A stretch of DNA of 64,000 bases from the human T2T-CHM13v2.0 reference genome, Homo sapiens. The position numbers and the translations under genes are program-made. The DNA lies in NCBI RefSeq assembly GCF_009914755.1, contig NC_060945.1; one strand, written 5' to 3'. Positions 30,651 through 46,249 of the stretch are shown in pieces. The notes beneath the pieces are model-generated. The model ran no database searches, had not been told where the DNA came from, and saw nothing but the letters and a program-made list of their open reading frames with translations. The stretch's first letter is position 1. Every line of letters starts with the position of its first letter.

Positions 30651-31440
30651 GTATTTACAGTAAAAAGGCATTTTCTTAAGCCTTACTTGTAAAAGAAATA
30701 TAAATTTTCAGGACATTACAAATAATATAACTTTTCTAATTACATGCCAAAGGTATTATGTATAGCACTGTCCAAAAATGTTGACCACAAGAACAGCCCC
30801 ATCCTATCAGAATATGTCTGCAATATAGTAAGGACTGATATAAAAGTAACATTTAAATATATCAGTATGACAAGTATAAATATATTCTAATATATACCAT
30901 TAAACATTAATATTAAAATGTTAACAATACTAACATTCACATAATAATTATTAATAATTGTTAATTTAATATTCATTTTTGGCCTAATTCTTTTGAAATT
31001 ATTTCTTACTTACTGTATTTTACTAGCTTTAAAAAGCCACTATAAGTCAGGGACAATTAACTTCATATGATAATCGAGAAGACACCATCAGAGAATTTTA
31101 CTTGTTAATAAATAAATTTGGGCAGAAATTCAAAATGCTGACTATTAAACTACTAAGTTTGGTATCATAGCATGCTACTGGTGACTGAAATTTTCTTCAT
31201 GCAATACCATGACACATTGGAAAAGGGAAGACAAAGTCAACAGAGAAAATAGATGGGTCCCATAGATCACAAAAGTGTCCTGTTTTGATTTCTTATTTGT
31301 AGTAAAAACTCTAGAGATACCATGGTTCCAGAAGATAAATAAATATCAAAATCTCAGAGGAGAAAGAAAATGACCAGAAACATATAATGACAGAAGACGT
31401 TTTTCAGAGGATATCCTACAATGTTACAATTCCTTTCATG

Positions 31441-31720
31441 TTTTTTTTTAGACAGAGTCTCGCTCTGTCGCCCAGGCTGGAGTGCAGTGGCGCGATCTCG
31501 TCTCACTGCAACCCTGCTTCACAGGTCCAAGCGATTCTCATGTCTCAGTCTCCTGAGTAGCTGGGATTACAGGTATGTGCCACCATACCCAGCTATTTTT
31601 TGTGTTTTTAGTAGTGTTGGGGTTTCACCACGTTGGCCAGGCTGGTCTCGAACTTCTGACCTGAAGTGATCTGCCTGCCTCAGCCTCCCAAAATGTTGGG
31701 ATTACAGGTGTGAGCCACCA
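31441..31720 (-). mobile_element. AluSx-like with its 5' end replaced
   Basis: Reverse dimer ending gagccacca, then cctgtaatc instead of cgcccggcc. Confidence 0.95.
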
Positions 31721-32450
31721 CCTGTAATCAGACATAAGGAGTCCAAAAATAACTTTAGATTTTATTTTTTTTCTTTGTTTTAAGTGGAAATATTTTATCC
31801 AGCTGTGTGGACATAAAAGGCTGTCTCAATTTATTTATAGTTGGGTTGAGGAAGACGAACGTTTTGTATGAAAGAAAGCTAAAGGTTTCCCATCATTCCT
31901 AATTCTCCAAAACGAAGGAATTGGTGACTTCTAAATTTTATTATCTTTAAGATAACTTCTATGATTTGTTTTGTTGAATCATAGTTTGGTGTATCTGAAG
32001 TCTTTAAAGTACTATTCCCAGGGATAATAGGTGTATTTGCAAATGGTATAGATAATATTTGCAATCTTTGAGAAATCATAGTTATCAGAAGAAAGAAATA
32101 TTGCATCACCAAAAATTCTGTTTGATATCTAATCTTTTCACTTTGTAAGGCAAGACAGTATTTTTTGTCAAACTTATTTAAAATCCAGTCTCTATCAGTT
32201 ACTACCAGAGTTCTAGTTAAAGTGAAATTATATAAGACAAGAGTTTTTATTCTGACAGTTAAAAGTATGTTTTTAGGTGATATCATTAACCTCTAGGACT
32301 TAACATTAACTATATAATAATACATAAAGTTGCTTAAATAAAAGTAAGTTTGATTGTATGACCTAGGATCAGGAAAGCCAAAAAGTAATATATATAACTC
32401 TGTAATAGAACTTCAATAATTTTTGTGAATGAGATATTTGTGCATCAACA

Positions 32451-32891
32451 TTATTATTGTTATTATTATTTAATTTTCGCTTTTATTTTAGATTCGGGAG
32501 TACATGTGCAGGTTTGTTACATGGGTATATTTTGTGATGCTGAGGTTTGGGGTATGAATGATCTTGTCACCCAGGGAGTGAGCATAGCACACAATAGTTA
32601 GTTTTTCAACCCTCATCTCCCTTCCTCCCTCCACTGTCTAGTAGTCCTCAGTGTCTGCTGTTCTCATCTATACTATGCATACTCAATGTTTAGCTGCCAT
32701 TTATAAGTAAGAACATATGGTATTTGGTTTTCTGTTCCAGCATTAATTCGCTTAGGGTAATAGCTTTCCGATGCATCCATGTTGCTGCAAAGGACAGGAT
32801 TTCATTTTTTCCTATGGCTATGACATATTGCATGGTATATAGGTACCATGTTTTCTTTATCCAGTCCACAATTGATGGGCATCTAAGTTGA

Positions 32892-32927
<36 letters not shown>

Positions 32928-34621
32928 TTTGCTATTGTGAATAATGCTGTTATAAATATTCAAGTCCAAGTGTCTGTGGTAGAACAATTTATTTTCCTTT
33001 GGGGTCTATTCCCACTAGTGGAATTGCTGGGTTAAAAAGTAGCTCTTTTTTAGGTTCTTTGAGAAATCTCCAACTGCTTTCTACAGTGGCTAAACTAAAC
33101 TACATTCCAACCAAGAGTCTATAAGTGTTCCGTTTTCTCTGCAACCTCACCTACATCTGTTATTTTTTTTCTTTTTAATGCCATTATGACTGGTTTGAGA
33201 TGGTATCTCACTGTGATTTTTTCATTTGCACTTTTGTAATTATCAGTGATGCTGAGCACGTTTTCAGGTTTGCTGGCCACCTGTATGTCTTCTCTTGAGA
33301 AGTGTTTATGTTCTTTGAGCACTTTGTAATGTGGCCATTCCTTTTCGATTGTTGAATCATTTATGTTCTTCATGGATTCTGGATATTTCATTAGACCTTT
33401 GTCAGATGTATAGTGTACAAATATTTTCTCCCATTCTGTAAGTTGTCTGTGTACTCCCTTGATTATTTCTCTTGCTCTGCAGAATCTATTCAGTTTAGTT
33501 AGGTCCCACTTGTCAACAGTTGGTTTTATCGTAATTCCTTTTGAGAACTTAATCATCAATTATTTACCAAGGCAGATATCCAGAATGGTATTTCCTAGGT
33601 TTTTGTCTAAGGTTTTTTAGTTTTAGGTCTTGCATTTAAGTCTTTCATTGATCTTGAGTTAATTTTTGTATATGGTGAAAGGTTGTGACCCAGTTTCATT
33701 CTTCAGCATATGACTAGCCAGTTATCCCAGCACCATTTATTAAATAGGAAGTCCTTTCCCCATTGCTTGTTTTTCTTGACTTTTGTTAAAGATCAGATGG
33801 CTGTATATGTGTGCAGCTTTATTTCTAGGTTCTCTACCCTTTCCACTGGTTTATGTGTCTGTACAAGTACCATGCTGTCTTGGTTGCTGTAGACCAGTAG
33901 TATAGTTTGAAGTTGAGTAATGTGATGGCTCTGGCTTTGTGGTTTTTGCTTAGCATTGCTTTGGCTATTGTAGCTCTTTTTTCAGTTTGATATGAATTTT
34001 AGAATAGTTTTTTCTAATTCTGTGAAAATTGATATTAGTAGTCTGATAGGAATAGTGTTGAATCTGTAGATTGAGGCACTGTGGTCATTTTAACAATATT
34101 GATTGTTCCAATCCATGAGCATGGTAAGTATTTCCATTTGTTTGTGTCACCTATAATTTCTTTCAGAAGTGTTTGGCAGTTACCCATGTAAATATCTCTC
34201 ACTTCTTTGGTTATATGTATTCTCACGTACTTTTTTGGTGTATATGTGGCTATTGTAAATTAGATTGCATTATTGATTAGCCTCTTAGCTTGAACGCTTT
34301 TGGTGTATAGAAATGCTACTTGAATTTGTACATCAATTTTGTATCCTGAAACTACTGAAATGATTTATTAGGGCCATAAGCCTTTTAGCAGACTCTTTAT
34401 GTTTTTCTAGGTATAAAATCATTAGTAAAGAGATAATTTTACTTCTTTTCGTATTTGGATGCCTGTTATTTCTTGCCTGATTGCTCTGGCTAGGACTTCT
34501 AGCACTATATTGAATAGGAGTGGTGAGAGTGAGCATCCTTGTCTTGTTCCAGTTCTTAAGGGGAATGCTTTGAGCTTTTTCCCATTCAGTATGATGTTGG
34601 CTGTGAGTTCATCATAGATGC
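32451..34621 (-). mobile_element. 5'-truncated L1PA15/16-like element
   Basis: Reverse 3' UTR (tgatgctgaggtttggggtatgaatgat); ORF2 remnant [28 protein letters not shown]. Confidence 0.92.
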
Positions 34622-34624
34622 TGT

Positions 34625-36060
<1,436 letters not shown>

Positions 36061-36126
36061 AAAAAAGATGTCTATCTTTGGATAATTTTAGACATACAGA
36101 AGAGATAGACATTAACAGGGCTGCTG

Positions 36127-36425
<299 letters not shown>

Positions 36426-36856
36426 GAGGGTTGTTGTTTACCTTCATCCATTTTCGCCATATATTTACATTGTACACTAATCCAAGAAAATGGCTGTAGA
36501 TCCAGCTCTCTAAGAAAACTCTCTTCCTTATCTAGAACTTTAGTTTATTTACACCTTGTTTTTTGCACACTCCTCAAATGTTTTAAAGAGTATGACCACA
36601 TTTCAATATTTCCATTTATTTCTCATTATTGAAGTAAAAACACTAGCCTGGTGCTACCTACAACACTCTATCAGGAAACAAAGTTTATTCAAATTTAAAT
36701 TGTATGACATTCAGTACTTTCTATATATTGTCTGATAACTATTTCTATATTATCTGTTAATCTGATAACAGTGTATGTGAAGACATCTTAGATTCTTGTG
36801 ATATATTTTACAAGATAACACATAAAAATTCAAAGTTAAGTAGAATATTTTAAAGG

Positions 36857-36979
36857 ATTACTATCAGTTTTCAGAAAGACACCTACTAACATTTCATTTT
36901 TGTATGTTGAATCATTATTACTATTATTATTCAGAAAGACACCTATTAACATTTCACTTTTGTGTATCGAAGGATTATT
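36857..36979. repeat. Two-copy 60-bp tandem duplication, diverged
   Basis: tcagaaagacaccta(c/t)taacatttca at 36871 and 36931. Confidence 0.9.
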
Positions 36980-38741
36980 TGTAGTGTGCTAGTAGATTTG
37001 CACATGCTTTTCTCAGTCCTTTATTAAATTTCCCTAGAAATCAATGCTTAGATAAGAGTGAGAATGACAGAGATAGAAGTACTTTTGTAACCAGTAAACC
37101 AACCATCTTCAAATGGTTTGATAGCAATCATAAGTAGGAACAGATTATTCTTAATTTAATAAGATTCCTGGGACATTAGGAATATCCTACATATGCCCAA
37201 TCTCTCCCATGTGTTTTTCACTTTCTGCAAGATATGTGAAATTTTGTAGGAAAAGCCTGCCCATTTAGAATCCATATTTTATGGTTTTGAAATGTATAGA
37301 CAACATAAAATAGAAAATTATTAAATGGTTACTAAAGTAATTTAGTTTGTGGGGACAAGATGAAAGGTAAATAATTGTGTGCTGGAAAGGGGAAGGAGGG
37401 AAAGTTTGAAAACAAGGGAAAAGGACAATTAATAAAAGAGGCTGCAGATCCTAAAGAAGACCCTCTTTGTTGTCCAAAGTGATATCAACCTGAGTTGTCT
37501 TAGCAAATTCATCTCTCACTAGCTAAATTTCCAAACAGTTGTACAATAAATTTCCTGAGATGATAGATACAAAATACTAACAATAAATCTAAATAATGGA
37601 GATAGACTTTTCTGCCAATGATCTTAGAATAAAGTGAAAAAATTAGAAAAAGAACAAAAAATTTCTCGCAAAACTAATGAAGTGTTGTGCTGGAATAAGT
37701 GAATTCATTGAAATGAAGTAGCATTAAACACAAACAAGGAAGGAGGAGTAAGAAGAAATTAATAGAGAAAAATATTCCTGACCTTGAAATTTTAGATAAT
37801 TCTTTTTATCTTGAGATCATCCTTTATAATTCTACTTATTTTTCTAAAGTGGTATGCTGCTATCATTATTAATTATTCTAATAAAATTTTTTAAAAGTTT
37901 ATAATTTTTATTTTATTTGTAAGGATTTTTGCATGGGGACAAGATTTTACTTTACTTTTTATAATTTTTTAATGGAACATATGTTCCTATGAACAGATTT
38001 AGTAGCTAAATCATTGTCACTTTAAAATTACAAAAGATGACTTTTGATACTTTTAAATGCCAATTACTAAGTCATTTGCTTTCTCAGCAGGCTTTCTTTT
38101 CCTTTTTTGTTAAATCTCAACTAATTATGACACACTGTGATCTTCTCACTAACACTTTAGAGACATATCATTAGCACATTATTTATTGCTTTTTATCTAA
38201 TTGCCTCTTGGAAAAGATGAACACTCTACTATATATTCTGCTGTAGCAACCAAAGATTGTTAAGCATGCATCTTTTGACTTATTTTAGGATATTAATTTA
38301 TCTGGGGGGCAAACACTATATCAAATTTGTTATGTATCTATATGAAACTTATGACTTGAGGCATTCTGGGATATACTTTTAAAATGTATACATATACACA
38401 AAAATGTATATAATGTAATATATATTTTACATATTCTCCTTTAATGAATTATCTTTATATATATACACACACATAAACAAACACATATACTTTATAATGA
38501 ATCATTTTAATAAATAAATGTATATGGCTTCGTTTTACAAAAAATATTCCTAAGAAAATGGAAAGTTTCGGGAAAATTTGAATGACTTTTATAAACACTT
38601 GTCTGTCTTCGTTATAAATACAGCATGCCTTTAATTTTATAGAAAATAAGATGCCATAAAGTCCAATTTTACTTAAATTTAAGGGCATATATAGAACTAA
38701 CTTTTAACTTAATATTGTATAATAAAGCATGAAGACAGTAG

Positions 38742-39085
<344 letters not shown>

Positions 39086-39295
39086 TAGCATTAATACTGA
39101 AGACATTTTCCTTACTGTTATGCACACTTTCACAGTAGCATTTTTTGTTAACAAAATAACAATAATAATTTGCTAATTTTCATTAGAAAAACACATTTAA
39201 ACTTGCCTTTGATAAGTTTTGCAATGAACATTTACGTCAACGTTAGAATACAAGAAGAAATAACTGAAAGATGATTGGTGTTTTCATTTAAAGGA

Positions 39296-39606
<311 letters not shown>

Positions 39607-39900
39607 CATTTAAAGAATGTTTTAAAAGAGTGGACTTCATATAGAATACATTTGGTTTATATAAAGGGGGTATTTTTTATTATTCTTTCTTGTAAAATAT
39701 TAAAAAATCTGTTAAAATAGATTGACTTCTGTTCATTTTCTTGATATCAACAATTTACATGGAATAGAAAGAGATAAGAAAGAACAAAAATTAAAAGTGA
39801 GGTCATTTAAAAATGTCAAAAATTAAGAAAAATGTTAAAAAATAAAAATTTTACTGAATATTGTTTTTAAGTAGCAAATATTTTCTAAGAAAAAAAACTT

Positions 39901-40416
39901 TGTTCTGGAAGAACTACAATTTCCCCTAAAGCTTTATAAGTTCAAAGTTGGGACAGACTTTTTAAGGAAAAGAAAGATTAACAAGAGAAAAAGAGGGAAA
40001 TGTATTAATATGTGTAGAGTACATCGTAAGAGAGAAGATGCAATAAAAGGCAACAGAGTAGTGGCTTATAATGCTGCTTTATATATCATTTTTCATAAAG
40101 TGCAATAGAATTTAGAGAAGTGATAAGACAAAGGAAAGCAATTTTGGGCTTCTTGAGGTGGAAAATTATGGAAAGGTAAATACAGGGGAGTAAACTAACA
40201 GAATAAGATTTGTTTGAAGATTCCTCTAGTGCTGTCTGTGAGCTGCTAAGACTTGTTTCCAGTACAGTAAATAATTTATTTCTGTTGGTGAAAAAGGCAG
40301 GAAAGACAAAAAGAGCTCTTCCTGTCTTTGCTTCAGTGTTTCTAAATTGCTTTGTGCTAAAACAAAATGTATGTGAAAGAGGTATATTTTGGGGTCACAT
40401 GTTTTGGTTTTCTTCA
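39901..40416 (-). mobile_element. MER34/MER39-like ERV1 solo LTR
   Basis: Ends aattgctttgtgctaaaacaa..aaagaggtatattttggggtcacatgttttggttttcttca, the reverse of a MER34-type start. Confidence 0.75.
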
Positions 40417-41067
40417 CCTTCAACTAAGTGAAATAGGGGACTTCATTTCTGTTACATAATATTATTTCCATCATTTCTATTACATAATAGCTCCTTGGGA
40501 TCATACAAATTATTCATCTTTGTTTTCTTGCAGCAATTACATTACTGTCCTATTCAAGCTTAAATTTTCATATGACATTACTTAGATAAAAATGATGTGT
40601 ATGTGTGTGAGAGAAGAGAAAAAAATAAAGAGGATACATTTTGGGGTAAAACCTTATATTTCTCTATTTGTGACTCAAGGAAAAAAATAACTGAGTAGGA
40701 GGGATTTTAAGAATTACCTAATTAAATATATATTAGATTATTTCATCTTTAAAATGCTTTTTGTGATTTTCTAAGTTGGATAATATAAGAAAAACAAAGA
40801 GAGATGACAGAGATATTTCAATGCCAAATATCATCTTCCTCACCTTAGAAAATTTAGGCTATTTTTATTTGAGGATTTGGTCACTAAAATATTTTGAATT
40901 GAAATTTTATAAGAGATTTCAGAAAAGTATGTTATTAAGACATGGCGAGAAAAATATTGTTTCCCAAATCTGTACATTATGAGAAAATTTAGGTCTGTGG
41001 AAGATAAAAAATTTTACTTTCATAACCTTGAAGAATATTATACAGTGAGGGGTTAACTCTCTGGTAA

Positions 41068-41683
41068 TGACAGAGGAAAGAGTTAGAGGCTGGCTAGGCA
41101 GATAGAGAGGGATGGCCTCGGGAGACCAATAACGCCTGTGGGAACACACTCGCACTGCCCCTGTTATGCAACTGGCAGATAGAAATGTGGTTAAGAACTT
41201 CCTCTTATACCAGGATATTTGCTCAGAAGGGACTGTCCTGACTTAGGTGCAAGTGCAATAAATCAACTAAATGTCCTTAACCTGACCCAAGCTCATTATA
41301 ATATCATTAACATGACATCTGCATTGCTGTTTGCCCCCACCTCTCTGACTGGGCTTTTCTGTGGTGCTTATGGGTAATAATTAAGATGAAGTAACTATGG
41401 ACAAGAATGCACCTGTGCAGACCAGGAAGTAACTAGGAAGTAGAGGGTTGTGTAAGATGCAAATGAGAAAGATGCCCCTAGAAAGGAGGTATAAAAACCA
41501 CTGGGGACAAGTTTGTTGTTGGCAACCCATTTTAGGGTCCCTTCTCTTTACTGAGAACTTTCTGCTGCTTAATAAAACTCTGTTCTGCCTTACCAACCCT
41601 CTTGTGTCCAAGTACCCCATTCCTCAAGGTCGTGAGACAAGAACTCAGACCTTGCTGAACTAAGGAGTAAGGAAACGGCAACA
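41068..41683 (+). mobile_element. ERV1-class solo LTR, 616 bp, family not firmly assigned
   Basis: TG..CA termini; 4-bp TSD gtaa (41064-41067 and 41684-41687); TATAAAA at 41490; AATAAA at 41571; gtgagacaagaactc..gaactaaggag U5. Confidence 0.9.
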
Positions 41684-42820
41684 GTAAGAAGTAACCTAAT
41701 AATAAAGTTCAGCTCCCCACAAAATATTGAAGGTGGTTATTTGACACCTTGCTTGTTTAAGTGTTGAGATCCTAATATACACTTCTTGTTCCCATATAGA
41801 ACAAGCAAACCAAACAGAATAAGAAGACAAAAATAACCAATACTTGCTGGAAATGAGACTATGCTCCCAGAGAAAGAATGTTCAGATAGTGAGATCTCTC
41901 TTTGGAATTTTAGAGTTAGAAGATTGGGTGATGGAAACAATTTTAGCATGATTGCCTTCAAAAAATGGGTATTTAAAAATTTTATTCATCTTTATTTTAT
42001 ATTGTGTGGGGTTAATGACCGCTTTATCTGGTTGAATCATTTTGGTAGACAAAAAAATTTATAATTTTTTTGTGAATAAATTAATATAGCTCATAAAAAT
42101 TTTAAAAAATGCATTTGTAAATATCCCATCTCAAAAGAGCCGATAAATATCTACTGTCAACTGTGCTTGGTAGGGGTATGATTAAGAATTATCATCTTGT
42201 TTTTTCAGTTTTTTAATTAACTAATATCTGTTAGAAAATAGAAAACCATATTTCAGCAGTCATATAACTATATGAATCTCCTTTTTCGTTATCTTTCTCT
42301 ATCTCTCTATAACATAACAAATAATGTTATTTTCCCAATCACAACTAAAGGAGATTTCTATAAATCTTTTAACCAAGTCTTTTATAACAAAATAGCCGCT
42401 TGCATTCTGCCCTTCATTAAAGAGAGGCATTTATGGAGGGATTTTGTCTATATCTTTCCTTTTTAAACCTTAAATCATTAAAACAGACACAATTTTTGTG
42501 CCGAGTGATGTTATTAAACAGAAATATAGCTAGAATGGACCACAGACTAGCCAAAGAGGCTTTGAACAATACTCTCAAAGCTTTTCCTGTAAGTGGTCCT
42601 TGCATTGTTTCTTCATCTCAAACACTAAGAGAGCACATGAGCAAAACGCATTCGCATTTTGATTCTATAAATTCAAATCAACAATGCAAATCTTTAGTTA
42701 TTATATTTGCATTAGATCAAAGAGATGATCATGCCTCAACGTACCATGGCATACTATCTTCTACAGTAGTGTATTTTTCAAAAACACTGAGATTGATAGT
42801 GTAGATTTTACTTTGACTCA

Positions 42821-42825
42821 GGTGC

Positions 42826-42857
<32 letters not shown>

Positions 42858-42860
42858 AAG
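42821..42860. repeat. (TG)n(AG)n compound microsatellite
   Basis: gtgcgtgtgtgtgtgtgagagagagagag. Confidence 0.9.
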
Positions 42861-43052
42861 CAGGAAGGGGCAAAAGAGCAAATGAGGAGAGGGACAGTTT
42901 TCATAAGAAGTGATATGAATCTCACTCATTGACATTACTATTCTCTCTGTACCTCTCTCTGGCTGAGGATTGTAGTATCCTTAAACTTTCACACTGTATC
43001 TGGCATATTGAAATGTTATTGATTTAGTATATTTTTAAACATGCTATCTTCT

Positions 43053-43343
43053 GGCCGCGAGTGGTGGCTGACGCCTGGAATCCCAGCACTTTGGGAGGCT
43101 GAGGCAGGTAGATCACGAGGTCAGGAGTCCAAGACCAGCCTGGCCAAATGGTGAAACCTCGTCCTACTAAAAACACAAAAATGAGCTGGGTGCGGTGGCA
43201 GGCGCCTGTAATCGTAGCTACTTGGGAGGCTGAAGCAGGAGGATCGCTTGAACCTGGGTGATGGAGGTTGCAGTGAGCCAAGATAGTGGTACCACACTCT
43301 AGCTGGGTTGCAGAGTGAGACTGTCTCAAAAAAAAAAACAAAA
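43053..43343 (+). mobile_element. AluS (Sg-like)
   Basis: gatcacgaggtcaggagt; full dimer. Confidence 0.95.
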
Positions 43344-44527
43344 CTGTCTTCCTTCCATCACTTTATATATACTATTTTTCAATTGATTCTATAAATTCAG
43401 GTCAACAATTATAATTTTAGCTATGTGTAGTTTTATTTATTCTGCAAACAATTATATTTTATATAGGTTAATTGACCACTATAATTCAATATGAAAGATA
43501 AATTATGTGTTCTTTTTTGAAATAAAAACAAACAAGGAGTTTACCTTATCTACTTTCTTCACCAAATCTTAAACTGACTTATTGTAACATCTGCGTTTAA
43601 ACAACTTGTCAACTCACGGGCATCTGTAAAAAGATTGACAATATCAGTAGTGACAGGTTCTGAGGAATCCATATAATATTCTAATAGCCATGTAACACAG
43701 AAGTCTAGTGAGCAGCTGGCAAGACGCAACTGTTAAATGTGCATCATCTTGAGGTAGGAAATACAAGATAACAAATCACAGTTGCTAAACAGAAATAAAA
43801 ACAAAGCCATCACCTGTGTCTCTTCTCAAAGGACAAAACTATTCTTTAATTGCATTATAGAAAAAATTTATTATGCTCAACCTAGGAGATCATGTTGTTA
43901 AATAACTTTAACTGTATTCATTGTAAAATAAGTTAATAGAATCTAATTCATTTTACTATTAAAATACATTGATACAAAAGATAATTGCAAATGGTCATTA
44001 GTTTTAGATGTGAATAGCTGTGGCTTTTACAATTCATTTATCCAAAAACTATAATCAGTCAATTTTCCATTTTATTTTAACTCAATAGAACAACTATTAA
44101 AACAATTTTGGCATCAATTACCTGTATAACCCAGATAAGCCGTATAATAGCGTTGTCGTGTGTTTAAAACCAAGTCACTGAAATTTTTCATATGATAATT
44201 TTTGCACACAATAATCATAATTATCATCAAGCATAATGCTGAAATTTGTTTAGGGTAAATCTAGCTAAGGAATAAGTAATTTCAAATTTCTTTAACACAG
44301 TTCCTTCAAATAAGGGTACTAATAGAATTTGTTGGAAAAATAAAAGCCTATTTTAAAAATAAAGCATTAATGCTTAAGAAGTCAAATAATCATATTTGTC
44401 ATAAATAAAAATTACTATATATGAAAAATTACTAGATATACAATTATATATATGCTATATATACAAAAATATACTATATATGAAAAAAGATAAAAATTGG
44501 AACTATTACCTGCTAATAAAATTATTT

Positions 44528-44719
44528 GGTTCAAGCGATTCTCCTGCCTCAGCCTCCTGAGTACCTGGGATTATAGGCATGCACCACCATGCCCAGCTAA
44601 TTTATTTTTGTATTTTTAGTAGAGATGGGGTTTCACCATATTGGTCAGGCTGGTCACAAACTCCTCACCTCGTGATCCGCCCGCCTCGGCCTCCCAAAGC
44701 GCTGGGATTACAGGTGTAA
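44528..44719 (-). mobile_element. Alu fragment lacking its tail and 5' end
   Basis: ggttcaagcgattctcctgcc..gggattacaggtgtaag; no poly(T), no TSD. Confidence 0.93.
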
Positions 44720-45899
44720 GTTATCCTTTTCTTTCCCTTGTTGGAGGAGGACTCAATTCCACAGCTTCATCTTAGATTTGGCGTATGATAAGGAGTCCAT
44801 GCAACCCCCCTCACGACACATTTTTGTTCCAAACTCAACTCCAAGCTTTAGGTCAAAGCCCTAAGAAAGAAAACTGGGTCAAAGAAATCCAGAGGCAGAT
44901 GATGACTGAAGTTAAAAGGCACAGTTAAAAGGTGAGCATGGCTAATTCCCACTGATTAAGCCAAGCCTCCCATTTCATGAATAAATGTCATGCTAATATC
45001 CATGGCATAAATGAGGTCTAGGGAACTCCAAGGCTACTGGCAGTAAGGGAGAGAGAGATATAGGTGAGAGCAGATAATTCCTATTTTGTAGCCCCTCTCT
45101 GCTTCTTGGGTGCAAGCAGCTTTGGGACCCATGGGTGGCACCTGCCAAGGTCACAGGGACTTGAGGACGCAAGGATGAAAGAGGGAAAGAGGATACTCTT
45201 CTTTCTCTCCCTCATGTACCCCGGGTATTTTCTAGAAAGAAAAGGGAACCAGGGATGCCTACTCCCCTCTTTCTAGTTGAGTAGCTATTCATCTTCAGTC
45301 TGTACCCCTTTCAAATGCATCCTGAACCCCTGGGTCTCCTTTGAAAAAATGTCTTCTTTTTTCCTTCCTCCTCCTTTGTCCTCTCTTCACTGATAGGTAA
45401 TTGTGTCTCTGTACTATGGGACACTCCCCTTAGTTGCATTCTCCAAACTGGAAAGAGTTAATTTCCCAAACCTTAAGCTGGTTGGTTTAGGATTGGACTC
45501 AGGGAAGGGAGCCCAGAAACCCAACATGCTGGCAAAAGGGTAAAGTTGTTGTTGTTGATTTTTTTTTTTAACGTGTCGGGCTGTTGGCCTCCTTCTCTCT
45601 GTGCAAGCTGGTAAAAGGCCTCAGGATGTTTAAACTCCCTTTTTCTCATTTTGATACATGTTTTATAATAACCCGGTTTGTCTCTTCTTGCCTTCAGGCC
45701 CTCAAACTCCAAACAGTCAAGCAACCAGAGCCTCTGATGATAGTGCCTTCTGCTGGGAACCCTTAAACAGGCTTCTGAGAGAGGTCTGACTGCTGTTTTC
45801 CCAAAGCAGTGCCACCTGTCAGCAGGAAGCAGTTAAGATCGGTCTTCGTCCTTATCCTTATTCTAACAGCAGTTAGACGTACTTCTTTAGAAGGGGAAA
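44720..45899 (+). mobile_element. ERV1 internal sequence (MER61-int-like) with gag-matrix-like remnants and a polypurine tract
   Basis: SSSVCTPFKCILNPW (about 45288-45333) and GTLPLVAF/TPLSCIL-type remnant (about 45418-45445); agaaggggaaa at 45889-45899 directly before the LTR. Confidence 0.8.
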
Positions 45900-46246
45900 T
45901 GAGACAACCAAGAATAAAGAGGTCCACAGCGAACCTCTGACCAGCCTGCATGCAGGGAGGAGTGTGCACTGGGATGTAGCCTTGGGAAGCTGGCGTTGTG
46001 TGCGGGGGTGGGGGCGGGGGAGCCTGGCCTCTCCTGTTCCAGGGTGGCACCTGGGATTCAGTCTGTGAGGTGGGAAATGGGCTAGCAGGACTCTCACTTT
46101 GCTGAGAGTCCCTGTTTCTTTTTTTTTCCTCTTTGCCCAATAAATTCCATTTTTCGCACCCTTCAAAATGTCTGTGAGCTTAATCTTTCATGGTCATGTG
46201 ACAAGGACCCTGTTTTTGGATGAACTAAGGAGAAAGTCCTACAACA
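45900..46246 (+). mobile_element. MER61-like 3' LTR
   Basis: tgagacaacc..ccagcctgc..ggaggagtgtgcactggg..cccaataaa..gaactaaggagaaagtcctacaaca. Confidence 0.88.
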
Positions 46247-46249
46247 AAA

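Noticed and set aside
31879-32286. 135-aa minus-strand ORF in unique DNA
   Set aside because: Amino-acid composition reflects AT-rich DNA; no domain or exon evidence
42433-42804. 123-aa ATG-initiated ORF downstream of the ERV1 LTR
   Set aside because: No recognisable homology, and the LTR's own AATAAA lies upstream; expression data would be needed
45940-45980. p53 response element in the MER61 LTR
   Set aside because: Some MER61 subfamilies carry one, but only a lone CATG core without proper RRR/YYY flanks is visible here
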